This document shows, in pieces, positions 27,752 to 43,203 of a stretch of DNA of 64,000 nucleotides. Position 1 is the stretch's first letter. Each line of letters starts with the position of its first letter. Origin of the DNA: Chrysomallon squamiferum (lineage: Eukaryota; Animalia; Mollusca); the NCBI GenBank assembly GCA_012295275.1, contig CM022673.1, forward strand, positions 19,282,001-19,346,000, in the 5' to 3' direction. The notes beneath the pieces were generated by a model. It was not told the origin of the DNA. It ran no database searches and worked only from the letters and a program-made list of their open reading frames with translations. The translations under genes and the position numbers were made by a program.

Positions 27752-30700
27752 CGCTTTAATATTTCAATGTGAAATTAATTATAGTTTATAATTTCACAGT
27801 GTAACTGAAGATATTATTATATTATTAAACTTTTAATTACAATGTTACCAGGAACTCCGACAACGCCAGTCACAACTTCCGCCACCACAGGCGCGACACC
27901 GACCAGTACAACTACGACTGTCACGTGTGAGAAAGGAATTGTATGCAGGTCGAACACAACAGGTTTCATAATATGTCTTGCACCAGAGTTTCTCTGTGAT
28001 GGTATACAGCACTGTGAAAACAATGAAGATGAAACTATGAAGGATTGTAGTATGTGTACACTTTTATTTTCTCTTTATACTGTTCAGTCATCAAAATTCA
28101 TTTATTCTCTAAATGTATAATTGCAAATACTATTTATCATAAAAAAAGACACACAGCCCCACAGACATACACATATGTTGTAAATGATTTAAATTCTGTA
28201 GTTACATGATAATATTTTCAATTTTAGAATTAATATGCTATTTCTAATTTAATTTCATTTTATTTCAGAAACAACACCGAGAAGTACACCTCCTAGTCCC
28301 ACAGGTATTTAGTTCACTAATTAATCTTTCTTCTTCTTTTTTTTTATCTTCAAAAATTATTTATTTTTATATCATATAAATTCATATAAATCTTTATATC
28401 GAGTGCACATTATACTGATATGAGAGATGTACAATATTTTGAAATTAAGTGGACGCTGGCAAAATGACAGATTATATATACAAAGAATATGATCGAATAT
28501 AATAATTGATGTAACAAAATATACATAGTAAAAGTATTACTGATATTAATTTCATCTAGCTAAGGAGGTTTAACAAAATCATAATAAAATGAAGTTAAAT
28601 AATTATTTATTGAATATAGTTGATTTTAATCTTCTTCTTGAATATAATACTTAATTGTTATATTCATCAAATCTGTGCTATTTTATTATAATATTTTTTT
28701 TTTTTAAATCTATTTAGTATAACATTCTTGTTCTAACAGTAATTGTGAGTGTTGCTTTTTGTGGGTTTTCGTTTTCTGTTTTCAGTTTTGATTTAAATTT
28801 ATCTTATGTTACATAATCTACTGATTTCATTTTTTAAATTGAAATTAATTAAAGTTTGTAATTTTATCGAGTAAGTGAACACATTCTCATATTCCAAACT
28901 TTTCATTACTAAACTACCAGTATCTGGCACAACGTCTTTCACAAGTCCCACCATCACCAGTGCGACACCGACCAGTGCAACTACGACTGTCACGTGTGAG
29001 AAAGGAATTGTATGCAGGTCGAACACAACAGGTTTCATAATATGTCTTGCACCAGAGTTTCTCTGTGATGGTATACAGCACTGTGAAAACAATGAAGATG
29101 AAAATATGAAGGAATGTAGTATGTGTACACTTATATTTTGTAATGCATTGATTCTCTAGGTTTATAATTGAAAATTCTATTGCACACTCATTGACACACA
29201 CATCACATATACATACAAACAAACATCCATCCAAATCTGCATACAGAAATACATAGATTAATATCTACCTTGTGAGTAACCTAAATTCCCGGCAGAAGAG
29301 GTAATCGTCAAATGAAATCGTGGTCACAAATTAAGGTATTCAGTTTTAACAATAATTGATAACTTCTAATATGCCTTCATAAATTATAATTCTTTCTGAA
29401 ACTTATGGTGAATACTCTCATTTTATTTCAGAAACTACACCAACAACTCCACCTATATCTACTGTTCCAACCACAGGTATTCTTTTCACTAATTAATCAT
29501 TCTTTTTGTTTTGCAAACATTAATAAAATGTCTCTTACATAAATTTAAATATCTAATAAAAAATTTGAGAATTATTTCAATTAAGCGCTTTATTATTATC
29601 GTTATTATTATTATTATTTTTTGTTACATGTGCTTTTTAATAAAGCCTGTATTATCAAGCTCTGTCAAAACATTTTTATTTTCAAATTATATGTCTAGTG
29701 CATTTCTGCTCATACTGACCATTGTATTTAAAAAGAATATCATCCGTGACTGTTCTGTGCTCCTTAGAATAACCTAAAATAATTATTTTGACAAACAACC
29801 GGACACTGTAAATAATTTACAAACCTTTAATTTTGTTTGTCTCGGAAGCTAAAAAATATTATGGATATATCGTTTTTAACTTGTTTCTAATTATTTATTT
29901 TTTTCACCTCGACATTCGCACAGTAACCTGAAGAAATAAATACCTTAATTACATTTAGATGTGAATGATTAAATTTCTTTTTTCTTATAAGAGTAGCTTA
30001 ATAAAAAAAATGTATCGAATATTTTTAGGTCCTCGGACAACTGTCCCATCAGTAACAACACCTTCAACAACGACAGGTAACATCTTTATTAATATAAATA
30101 AAATAGTAATAACTGCACAAAAGCAGTCTAAAAGTTGTATAGTATTTTGCCTTTTCTTACGAACATAATCTTGTTGAAAGGGAAAATTTAAAACATTCAA
30201 AGTGGATCATTTATTTACAAATAGTATAATTTTACATCAGACGTAATTTTTTATTTGAAACTATTTTACATATTAACAAATTGTTTTTCAGTTCCATTTA
30301 TGTGTTTGTATAACCTTAAAATAAAATCTATTTTTAGAAGTTAGCTTATCTGCTGCTGACCAGAAGTACCTTTTCAGTATCGCTTAATGTAACAGAAAAA
30401 GTACCGATTTGGATTATTATGCCCAAATTATCTGATTATAGACATATTTCTTAAATAAATATCTGAGATTATTTGTGTTAGCATTCATTCAATTCATCTC
30501 TTCATGTGACATACTAACCTGTATTAAATGTTAATTCTTCCAGCTGGTCCCTGTAAAGATAATATGAATCGTGTACCAAAAAGTGATTATGATATAACTC
30601 CGAACGGACGAGTATTATTTGGTGCAGAAAACACTGCTGTAGTTACTGTGTCAACTAAGAAATCGGGAACTAAAACACAGTGGTTTCAGATTACTTTTGA

Positions 30701-32809
30701 CGTTCCCGCAGGAATAGATAAAGTTGAAATTGTAATTGGTGACAAAAAAGTAAGTAGCATAATAACATATGAATATTACAAATACTAAACTTTAAGAAAA
30801 AATACAAAAACAAAAACAAAACAAAAACAAACAGTAACAACAACAAAAATGTTTGTTATTGTTTTAATAAAAATGTTAAATCTTAGACAAATAGCAAGAC
30901 AATCCATTTAAGGAAACAGAAATTAAATAAAAAGAATGAATTTATTCGTATGATGGATCACTTAACTGATTAATGTTTCTCGCTGCGCACTTATCTACAT
31001 CACCTATTCAGTAATACAGTATGACTGATAGATTTCTTAGTGGCTTATGATTTTCTGTTTCTGGAGAATATCCTTTTCCGCTAATGGAGGAACTCAGAAT
31101 GACAGTTGCGGTATTCACCTACCATATCATTATTATAAAAATCTAATTATTGTTCAAAACCTCCATTAATTATTTGTATGAAATCATTGATGGCTTAAAT
31201 ACCGTCAAATATGTGATAACTGACTTTAAAGGGCCATGACTAGATGGCATATACAAACTCAAGACAAAAAAAAAAAAAAAAAAAAAGAGAGAGAGAAAAA
31301 AAATCATATTTTTATTATTTAAGAAACAACAACAAACTAAACTAACAGAATTTGAAAAACATAAATAACGTCATCTACAAATATATTTATAAAAATGCAA
31401 AATATTGTTTATTAATCAAGATGTGTTTCACGAGTTAGTTTATATATATAAGCTTACATTATCATCTTAATTATGATTTATATGCAACAGATCTGCAAAA
31501 ATGATCTGTATCTTAGATGATCTAATATAATTAGAAGTTCTGTCAATTATTTCTTTTGTTTTTCTTTTATGTTTGTCTGCACTACCTGGAAAAAGGATAC
31601 AACTTTGTTTTTTTATGTATTCCATTTGGTTTGATATTTAAAAATTAGCCTATAAGCGGAATACCTCTTTCATATAAAGGCATTATTCAAATAAAATGAA
31701 GCATCGAATGCATAGTTTATAATTATCAGTGTCATTCTGTTGCACATCAATAATACATATATTTTTGTAAATAATACATATTTTTCCTATAACGTTTTTG
31801 TAAAATAAAAATAAAACCATTGTCTCTTCAACAGCAAATAACTTGTAGAGAAAATCTTCAAGTATTCCATCTGCGTATATTGTATGTATATATGTATGTA
31901 TGTAGGTAGGTAGATAGGTAGATAGGAAGGTAGGAAGGTGGGTATGTCTAACAAAATTACTTGAAAAGTGAAAAAACAATATTTTGAAAATTTATTTACT
32001 GTTATTATTATTATTTTTACAATTATTTAAAGAGTGATGCTAAATTTACCGATAACAAAGTGGAATGGTCGAGCGGCAGTGAGGGTGTCGAAGGAGAAAA
32101 TGTTACGATAACACTACACCGCAGTGCAAATGGTCCTACGTCAGTAGATGTAGTTCAGAGCTTGAAGGTTGTTGCCTGTGAAGAAACAGGTGAGTTATTT
32201 CTGTATATGTAGATATAATTATGGCAGTTGATGATACCACATCTATTCATTTATGTATAAACATGTAAAAAAGAAAACAAAAATCCCATAAAACTTAGTC
32301 TTGCTGCTTGCGATTAACTATTTTAAAAATAGCGAAGACAATGTTCATTGTGAGGTTATTTCTATATACTCTCTTCAATTAAAAACTAATCCACAGCTGT
32401 ATATAGGAAATGTTTTATTCCTTTTGAATTAGCGAAAACCTGTTTGCTTACAGATATATATAGACAAACGGATATTGTTTCTTTATTTATCTGTCATGAT
32501 ATATATCATGATATACACAAGGATTTTTAATGCTATATTTAATTTTTGATTTGACTATGTATATATAACGTGCACGAAAATACATGAATTATCAAGGCAT
32601 CTTGATTTGTCTTGTAGGTACGACAACACCAACGCCTTCGACGCCATCAGGTATTACAAATTTGACTTATAAAAGCTTCCTGGTATAACATACTAGTTTT
32701 GGATTAGGGTAGAATGAGGCTATTCATAAATACATATGATATGAATGCAGCTGTTTAGCGGTATCGATTTATAAGACATCATCAGTTTACAGAATACTGT
32801 AGTGGTAAA

Positions 32810-32884
<75 letters not shown>

Positions 32885-35014
32885 GAAATATAAAATGTAT
32901 AGAATCTAATCTTTTACATCCTACTTAATTTAACGTTGCAATTTTTTTCATCTTTATAGGAACCCCTGGAACTACAACGCCTCCGAGCACACCAGGTTAG
33001 ATCAAAATTTTGATCAGCATTATTTGATAATTTCTGTTTTGGTTAGGTTCGGATTTCGACTGTTAATAATTGATGCATTTTAATATTAACTACGACTTCT
33101 TTGATCTGATTCACAAAGCAGCTACTTCGTTACTAAAAATAATAAAATAAAAAAATAAAAAGCAAACAAAAACCCCACGAACAACAAAACACAACTACAA
33201 ACAAACAAACAGTAACAACAACAACAACAAAAATAAAAACACAATAAATACGCACAAGGCCATTTATCGAACACCTTTTAAAAATTATTCTGAACCGCAG
33301 CTTGAAATGTTCCTTGATACAGTTATTCATATAATCATCCAAGTTAAGTAGACGTGGTTGATTTATAAATGGTTTTATGATACAGGGAAAATAATTATTT
33401 GCATACTTTTAGAGAATATCCAAAAATTCGACTTAATCCCCGATCTGTTCTGCATGGTCAACAATAGGTTTTTGTTATGTTACTCAGATTAAAAAAAAAA
33501 AAAAAAAAATAAATAAAAACAAATATAGACAAAAGAAATTGGCGTTGAGGAGCAGTCAACCGTAATAGTGGAGAGGATAACAGGTGTAGTTCAGATGGCG
33601 AATTCCCTTCTATTCCACCTTTTTCATTGTATTTTCATTTGACTTAAAAGTCCATATAAGACAGCAAAACCCACACAGATTTGACAAGTGTTGCCTTGTA
33701 TCATCTGCTCTTGACTACGAATGGGTGCATTGAAACAAATGTTTTCTCAAAATATCTGAGGTTTTCAGCATGATGCACTGAGATAAACAATTCCGAATTG
33801 GATTTAAATCTGGTTTCCTTACATTTGATGTGCATTTGACATTTTACTCTCAACCTCTTTCATCACCATCCTCTACAATTTTGTTGATTTCTCAAATGTT
33901 TGAGTTTTTCTTTTTAAGCTGGACCATGTAAAGAAAACATGAATCGTGTACCCAAAAGTGATTACAATGTATCTCCCGACGGACCAGTGACGTTCGATGC
34001 AGACAACAGAGCTATTATAAACGTGGCAAACACACAATCAGGAATAAAAACAGTCTGGTATCAGATTAACTTTAATGTTCCCAGTGGAGTAATCAAAGCG
34101 GTTATAACTATTGGTGATAAATCTGTAAGTATTGTCGAAGCAGCAATTTTTGTAACCAGTTAAACTGACCTACAACACAGAGTTTGATAAAGTAAAATAC
34201 TCCGAAAAATTTAATAATCGTATATTTAAAAAATATCAATATCAAGAAAATGGTAAATATTATTTCCAAATATCGGAATAGTTTACATACAGCAGCTTTG
34301 GTTTGAATTACTTCAGATCCTTATATACATGAATAAAGAATTTCAGCGTTTTATAACTTTTAGAGGATTTACTAAATATTAGAATATTCTTTTAAGACTG
34401 AGGCAAAGATTGAACATGGAAAAGTCACATGGCTTAGCACAAATGAAGGTGCTGAAGGGCCAATTGCTAAGATAACATTATCTCGTAATAATGAAGGTCC
34501 TTCATCAGTAAACCTGAGAAACAGCTTAGATATCGTTGCATGCGAAGAATCAGGTGAGTTATAATACTTCTAGTGAATGATGGTTATTTATTCTTTCTCT
34601 CACAGCTTTCGCTAAATTACAGAATGAATCGAATTTAAATTAATTCATTTTCAGAATGCCACACACTAGCATCTATAAAAAAACAGAAAAAGGACATTTA
34701 ATGCGATAATTAGTTTTTCAGAAAAAAAAGTTATAAGTAAATATATTCAATTAATTAAAATTAATTTTTCAATTCTGACAATATTTACAAAGTTACAGTG
34801 GATATGTTGCTGTTAAAGAATGCTCACTGAAATTTCCTTTTTTTTTAAGGTACAACAGTAACCACTTCCAGCACATCGACTGTATCCTCAACAACTCAAA
34901 GTACGTATCTATTTGTCTATCTCTCTGACCATATTTTAGTTTCCATATTTTCTTAATATGGCCAGTTCGGATCGTCCTCTTTCTTAATTTCTTTTTCTTT
35001 TTTTTAAATAAACG

Positions 35015-35074
<60 letters not shown>

Positions 35075-35360
35075 TAAATACACAGAACTATACTAACATG
35101 AGGTGTGTATTTCCGGAAGTTGGGAAAAAGAACCGAATAATTAGAAGACCTTTTTTGCCTTTCTTACTATATAGACAGCTTTCAGATTTAGCACCTCAAA
35201 TTACCTTTCTTCCTTTTTATTTATTTTAATTTATTTTTCGTTTTGTTTGGTCACATACGGTTAGACGTTATGTCAATAAAATAAAGCTTTTAGGTTTAAA
35301 AACATCAAAAGAGTCTTGAAAGTTGTACCTACCAAATCCACAAAGATAAAAAAAAAAAAA

Positions 35361-35405
<45 letters not shown>

Positions 35406-36598
35406 CATTAAAAAAGAAAGCAAAAAAGAATGGTAGGCATCTTAAGAAGGTTGCTAATTGACAGTGGATGTTTTTTGTTTTCAAGAAGACAATAAAAAAA
35501 AATTATTAGAATTATAAATTATTTTGTTTTATTAACTGTATAGCCTGAATTTTAATACTGATTTTCTTTTGGACTAGATATTTATATTTATGATACCAAA
35601 TAGGACAAAGTGTATAATTCTAAAATTGAAATAATCTATCATTACAGAAACAACCATCCCAGGAACTGTATCATCAACAAGCATATCAAGTATGTTATAT
35701 CTGAAGAAATATCTATTTAAATGAATTTTCTAAAATCTATTAATCCCCAGTTATCCTAAGTTAAATTTTTGTATAATATCAAATGCTACTTTTTCTTTAT
35801 TAATATTTTAAAATATTTTCATAAAATATTCTTGGATGTACGATTCTTAAATTTTGCTTTAAAACTATGTAATTTCTGAAGATATATTATCATTTGCAGT
35901 GCTGTTACGTTTTAAAGTAATTAACTTAATAATTTAAATTCATTACCCCCAGGTATCTCTGTGCCAACAGCATCAACCCCATCAACGGTAACATCACCAA
36001 CACCCAAACGTAAGTAATGACTATATGACAAATAGTGCATACAAATGAACCGACCTTGCTTAGGATAGAAAAAAGAAACTTTAATAATTGTATCTGCCAA
36101 TATTTGTTTCAACATGTGAAAAATAAGACGAATTATTATTATTTTTAAATATCGGGAGTCATTGTCGTATTTGTTGTTGAAGAAAATTTGATTTAGGTTT
36201 CTCGATAGACCTAAGCAATCTCGATTACGGTTATATAAGCTTGGAAGAACAATTGTTCTACTGGAAGTGGACTTCTAACGTTATTAGATTTATTGTAACA
36301 TTACAGGTCAACGATGAGCACCGGATTAGTGAAAATGCCGGATAACATAAAGAAAGTTTTTTTCTAAAGATTAGCAAATCACATAATTCACTGAAAATAT
36401 CATATAAATCAGTATATTATTGACAATAATGGTAGAGAAACATTAAAGCAAATTTTAATGAAGTAAAATTCTGTAATCGATAATGTAATGTCTATTCTTT
36501 TCACTGGCGCTGAATAAGAACAAATGATGTTGGTAAATTTAATGCACCAAATTGAGTTGGAATTGCTATCTCTGATTACTAGAACACGCTAACGTGTC

Positions 36599-36674
<76 letters not shown>

Positions 36675-39600
36675 TATTATTATTATTACTTTTTATAAAT
36701 ATTATTATTAATTTTGTAGCGAGTCCATGTGCTGACGATATGGAGCCAGTTCCAATGAATGAATTTAGATTCAAACCAAGTAAGATACTTTCATTTGGAA
36801 GCAATGAATCTACAACAGTTTTGGTGGAAGCACGGAATGAAATAACATGGTCTGAGATTCAGTTTGATGTTCCAGAAAATATTACCAAAGTACAGATTAC
36901 TATCAATGTTAAAATGGTAAGTAGATTCATTTTTCTGTATAAGTGGTTGTGGTGCGTTTTTCGTGTATTTATTTGTTTATGTACGTATTTATATGTGTGC
37001 ACAAATTTGTTACTGTGCACAAGAAAACCGTGTAATATGAAGAGTTCTGTTAAACTGAGGTTTTGCATATTTCATTATATAGAAGAAGAAGAATAACAAA
37101 TATATTAAAGCAAAGAAACAAAGAAACAAGCAAGCAAGCAAGGAAGCAAACAAACAAATATTTCTGTAAAAATAAGACCACAAAATTCTTTCTCTAATGA
37201 TTTTTTGTTAGCATCAGCGGATCTGTTGTTAATGAAATAACAAATCAAATAATTCCTGACCTAAAAATGTTATTAAGTAGTCACTCAAGATGACATCAGA
37301 TAATTTTCTATGTAATTAAATAAAATATGAAACAAGTGATAATTTATTTTTTACTTGAAGTTCACTGCCAATTTAGAAGACAACAAAGCTAAATGGGTGA
37401 ATCCTGGAGAAGATGTCAAAGGGCGATCTGCTAGCATAGAAGTCACACGAAAATCTGGCGGACTTCCAAAGACGTTAAATGTCGGCAGTTTAGCGGTACT
37501 TGCATGTCAACCGAAAGGTACAGAATTCGAACACTTTAATTTTCCTTTATCGTTGTGACAACTTTCTTTTGTATAAAAATCATGTTTTTTTTTTTTTTTT
37601 AAATAACAAAATTGAAAGATCTATCATTATACTCAACAGTAGTGATATGTCACATAATAACTATAATAATATCAAGATTACTAATGCTACTATTTTTATT
37701 ACTAGTGTTAAGAGAACTCCCTAAATAAAAGTTAAAATCAAAACCAAAAGGAACTCCATTAGAAATCCATAAACGTTAACCCAATTAAAACAACGCAGGT
37801 TAAATAAACAAATAAATTAGTAATATTGATGTTTTTATTTTCAGAAGAGGTAGAAACAACGACAGGTTAGTATCAATCTTCTTAATATTTCCGCTGACAA
37901 TAAGAGGGTAAATTTTACATGAAGTCTTTAATAATTCATAATTCCTAAGAGTAACATTCTCATGCTCATTTCCTTTATCATAAATGGATGTACAAAAGTA
38001 ATAAAATTAATTTTAATTGCCAAAAGTTTCATTCGCAATTGTGATAAACATTATACTTGCATTAATCATGGCACTGGCATGTTAACTTTTTACGAGTCTA
38101 AAACTTTCTTTCACTACATTCCTTATCCAGCCCTTCCTGATTATAAATCGATAATCAACAGATTATCTGGTCCTATAGAAAGGACACTCACTAATCTGAG
38201 AGTTTACAAATATTATTTAATCAAATCAATTTTTTAAAGGCCCTGGATTGGGTGGTGAAACGACACCTCAGACTACAACAGCAACCCGAGTATCAACAGG
38301 TAATAAAAAATTCAACCAGTATTGCTAAATGTAGCTTCAAGTTTATAAAGTTGATTATCTAATACAAATACAAAACTAAGTTCATAAGAAGAATCACAAT
38401 TGTTTAGATTGTGATTTAATATTTGTACTCATTCTTGTTCTAAGTACTAGAAGTAAAAAAAAAACAAAAAAAAACAAAACACACACGACAAAAACGAACA
38501 AAGAAACACACAAAAAGAAAAGAAACTCAAGAAAACAAACCAGGAGAAATAAATAACTTTATTACCTAAAATTAATACATGAGTAATACGAAAAAAAATA
38601 TGTTAATTTATATCAAATATAGATGATTTTTATAAAAAACAGATTAATGTAACTCTTTTTATAATTTTATTTACTAATTAAATGCTACATAGTTTTACTT
38701 TCTGAACACTGTTATTTATTAAACAACATTAATGTTATATGTTGTATAAAAAAATACTCTATTTCTAAGAACAAAGGTGGTAAAAGGCAACCAGGACGAC
38801 ATTAAAATAGCCTGGATTGTTCTAATGTCATTTTAAATTATATTTTTTTATATTACATATTACATGTTAACAGTATTAAATATTATATATATTATTTAAA
38901 GTTAAATGACTTATTATTGGTATTTTTCAGCATCAACAAGTGTAGTAACATCAGGCGTGACAACTTCGGCAGGTAGTTTAATACTAATAATATAATGAGT
39001 AATTTAACAAGGAATATGATGGAAACTGGCTTAAACTGTTTAAACACACAAAAAGAAAAGAAACTCAAGAAAACATACCAGGAGAAATAAATAACTTTAT
39101 TACCTAAAATTAATACATGAGTAATACGAAAAAACATATGTTAATTTATATCAAATATAGATGATTTTTATAAAAAACAGATTAATGTAACTCTTTTTAT
39201 AATTTTATTTACTAATTAAATGCTACATAGTTTTACTTTCTGAACACTGTTATTTATTAAACAACATTAATGTTATATGTTGTATAAAAAAATACTCTAT
39301 TTCTAAGAACAAAGGTGGTAAAAGGCAACCAGGACGACATTAAAATAGCCTGGATTGTTCTAATGTCATTTTAAATTATATTTTTTTATATTACATATTA
39401 CATGTTAACAGTATTAAATATTATATATATCATTTAAAGTTAAATGACTTATTATTGGTATTTTTCAGCATCAACAAGTGTAGTAACATCAGGCGTGACA
39501 ACTTCGGAAGGTAGTTTAATACTAATAATATAATGAGTAATTTAACAAGGAATATGATGGAAACTGGCTTAAACTGTTTTCTTTGTTAATTAGTAATATT

Positions 39601-40164
39601 AATTTTCATCAAAAATATAATTTAGAGGACTTATAAAAAAAAATCAAAGGCTTGACCTATACTTGAACCACGTCAAAACACATGGAATTCTAACCATCAC
39701 CTTTTCTTCAACCTTTTTCGAGTCATGTATCAGGAAATGCCATAATACGTAAAATCAAATCAATCCAAATGCAGGTTGCTAATATCAGTTTGTTATATTT
39801 TATCCATTCCTGAAGAAACAATTAGCTACGTGTTCCTGATATTTGGTGTGTAGCGTTATATCTTCCCTCTATTTGCAACCTAGTTTTTATTAAGCCTTTT
39901 TTTACTACCTAATTTCTTCTAAAAATCGTCCCGATACTATTCCGATTTAATTTCGAAGTGTTGCTTACTTTTGGTAAAGAGGAATAGGGAGCAGTCAATA
40001 AAAGAAGTCTGAAAACTCGACTAAGTATCATAATCAAGAAGCTATAGATACAGATAACACAATCAATAATGAATATTCTTTTAACAGATACCTTTGATGA
40101 TTATGAACAAATGTCATAAATATCTTTTCCAAGTTATTATCTTGTTGCTAGCAACCAACTGTCT

Positions 40165-40249
<85 letters not shown>

Positions 40250-42874
40250 ACAATATGTAAATATATATAGCTTAGTTAAGTGACGGATTAGGCAGAATTA
40301 TAGCAGCATTTGTTATTACTATTATTTATTAAATATCATTATTTAGCTACTTCTATAAATCGCTTCTCGTATTGACTAAATGGGTCCAGTGTACTGACAC
40401 TGACATTTTTGGATTTATTACCTCTCTCTTACGGGAAGGTCTTAATGCTAAAAGTGAAATGAAATCAAGGATATTAAATACAAGAGATCCTGGAATAATG
40501 GTGACACATATCTAAGCATTAGCATGGGTTATATATTATCAAGATAAGAAGTTTAGTTATCTAAAGACTGCACAGTTAATAATCAAACAAAACATGTTAT
40601 TATTTAACCCGGAAGACTGACGCCCTCAATGAAAATTTTTAAGAATCGGGTAAGTTTATACAAAAGTGATTTTGTTTTGTTTGTGTGAAAAATAAATCTT
40701 GAAATGTTATTGCATTTGGTCTATTCTAATGATAATATGGTCTATAATTATTTCTCTTAAAACATAAAGATGTACAGTTAATAGTATAGAGGAACTCATC
40801 ACCAGTATCAGAATTACAATATGACATAATCTCTCTTTTCTTTCAACATTGAACCATCTACCAGTTTCTATAGGAAGCTTGACATTACTGGTTGTAAATT
40901 TACATAATGTTGTAGCATTTTTTATTAGCAGTTTTAACAGATAATGTTCTTTATTTAAATTCATTTTTAAACATTCTGTAATTAATGCTTTTAGATGACG
41001 TGTTTATTCCATTTTTTAAGAATTGAAACAAAAAATTATTTTAGCAACATATTTAAAACACAAGAAATTCACCATAAACCACAAAGTTTGGCATTGACTT
41101 GTTAACACATAAAATATATATATGCAATTGTATCTAAATTGCTAAAACCCCAAATATCATCCATGCATTTATATTGGTTTTACAATTAAATCAAACAAAT
41201 CTAAATCACAGTCGACTGATAAATTAAATTCTCTACACTGACTTTGAAGCTCGGTTGATTAAACCTTTCTTATTATTTATAAAGAATCCAGATATCCCTA
41301 AAACAAGCCCGAACTATTTAACCTCAGTAACAATTTCTGTTTCCATATAATTATACATGTTATTAAATTGGCTCAGGAAAAAATTATAATTTTTGACTTG
41401 GCAGAAAAGACTTTTAATTTCCTTGTTTTACAGTGCATTACAAGATAGTGCAGTTGATGTAAATAATTTGCTGTTTCCGCTAATCGTACAGTATCATCAG
41501 CATAATAACTTAAGATATACATTACTATTTTTCGCCAAAAAAAATCTGTTATTGACTGAATATCTTTACAGTTTTCGAAAGCTAAACAATCTACTAAATC
41601 ATTTAAATCAATGAGATAAATTATCTCCTTGCCTTACTCCAATACTGCATGGAAAATATTCTGATTTACATCTGTTATGTACACTACTTCATTTTATACC
41701 GTCGTACATATTAAATATCATTCTGAAACATAGATTATAATAAATTAATTTTTTTTCCATAAACCAATCAGCGATGACTTTAATTTTAAACGTATGTTTA
41801 TTTATTTATTTTCCCCTTCAGCTGCTTTGTTCCTTAGACGTATTGTCAGTGTAGTAATACTTTTTACTGTTTGCTTGGTTTATGTAAATAATGTATAACA
41901 GTACATATTTATGTGCGTACATCTAATAAAGTAGATGAAATTATAAAAGGTACGAATTATCAATGTATCTAAGTGAATTATGACTTTTTAAATGTATCAT
42001 TATCGCTATAAAATCTAATTAAAGATTGATGTTAGACATAAGTTACATCAGTCTCACATGCACGCAAACATATTATTAGACGGTGATTCTTGGCTTATTC
42101 GAAAAAAAAGTCATTCTCAGAATATTTGGTGGGGGTGGGTTTGACAACGATTGTAATTATTATTTCTACAGGAACACAAAGGCAGGAAACTATACCAACA
42201 CGTGTAACGACAACAGGTAAAAGTGCTACATCATTCTAGTGCAGTTTAAGTTTTTGTATTTTATTATTACTGATGGTTCATTTTTTGTTCCTTCTTAAAT
42301 AATATTTAGTTGAAGTGATGTTTGATATGTATTTTTATAAATGGAATTACTTTGATACGTACCATTTATTATATGTTTGTTACATGTTTCACTTGATGTA
42401 TTGTCAAAATCATTAAAGGACTTTTCCTAAAAAGAATAGTCTAACAAAATAAATGTGGTTTCTGTAATAAAAATAATGTTAAATCTTTGATTAAGCAGTG
42501 ATGTAGCTGTTATAAAAATATCTATCTAAATATATTATATTTTAAATTTTGTTGAGGGTTTTAAATGAATTGATATTGTCATGGTTGAAATAATTCATTA
42601 TTTTAATTTTAAAATACAAATATAGCTGATTGTGTGATTTTTTTTGTGATATTTATTATCCTAAAAATATTTTATTTTATTTTTTTGTAAAGAACCATCA
42701 AGAAAAATATTAACGAACACAATTTGTTTTGTAATTTTATCATTGAAGGAAACCCATTTTCTTTCAACTTTTAATCTATTTATTTATTTATTTAAATTTT
42801 GCTTTAATTAGAGTTGTAAATTAATATTACAAAACTGCATAATAGACGCAGCATTACAACAAAAGTAATAAGAA

Positions 42875-42907
<33 letters not shown>

Positions 42908-43157
42908 AACTACTACTACTACTTCTACTACTACTACTACTACAAACACTGCCACTATTACTAATACTAACATACTAATATATCTTTGTTTCATATTAAT
43001 AATTACGGAACTCATAAGACCAACAAAATTAAATTATTGATTTCCTTACATTTAAATGTAACAGTAACGAAACAAAAATAATAATAATAAAAAAATAATA
43101 AAAACAAAATCGCCCTATACTAAACAAGGAAGACTAAATGACAATAATAATAAGAGT

Positions 43158-43203
<46 letters not shown>

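Noticed and set aside
40166-40248. (AAT)n as the 3' tail of the LINE
   Set aside because: Position is compatible, but identical tracts are common across the window and no target-site duplication was found.
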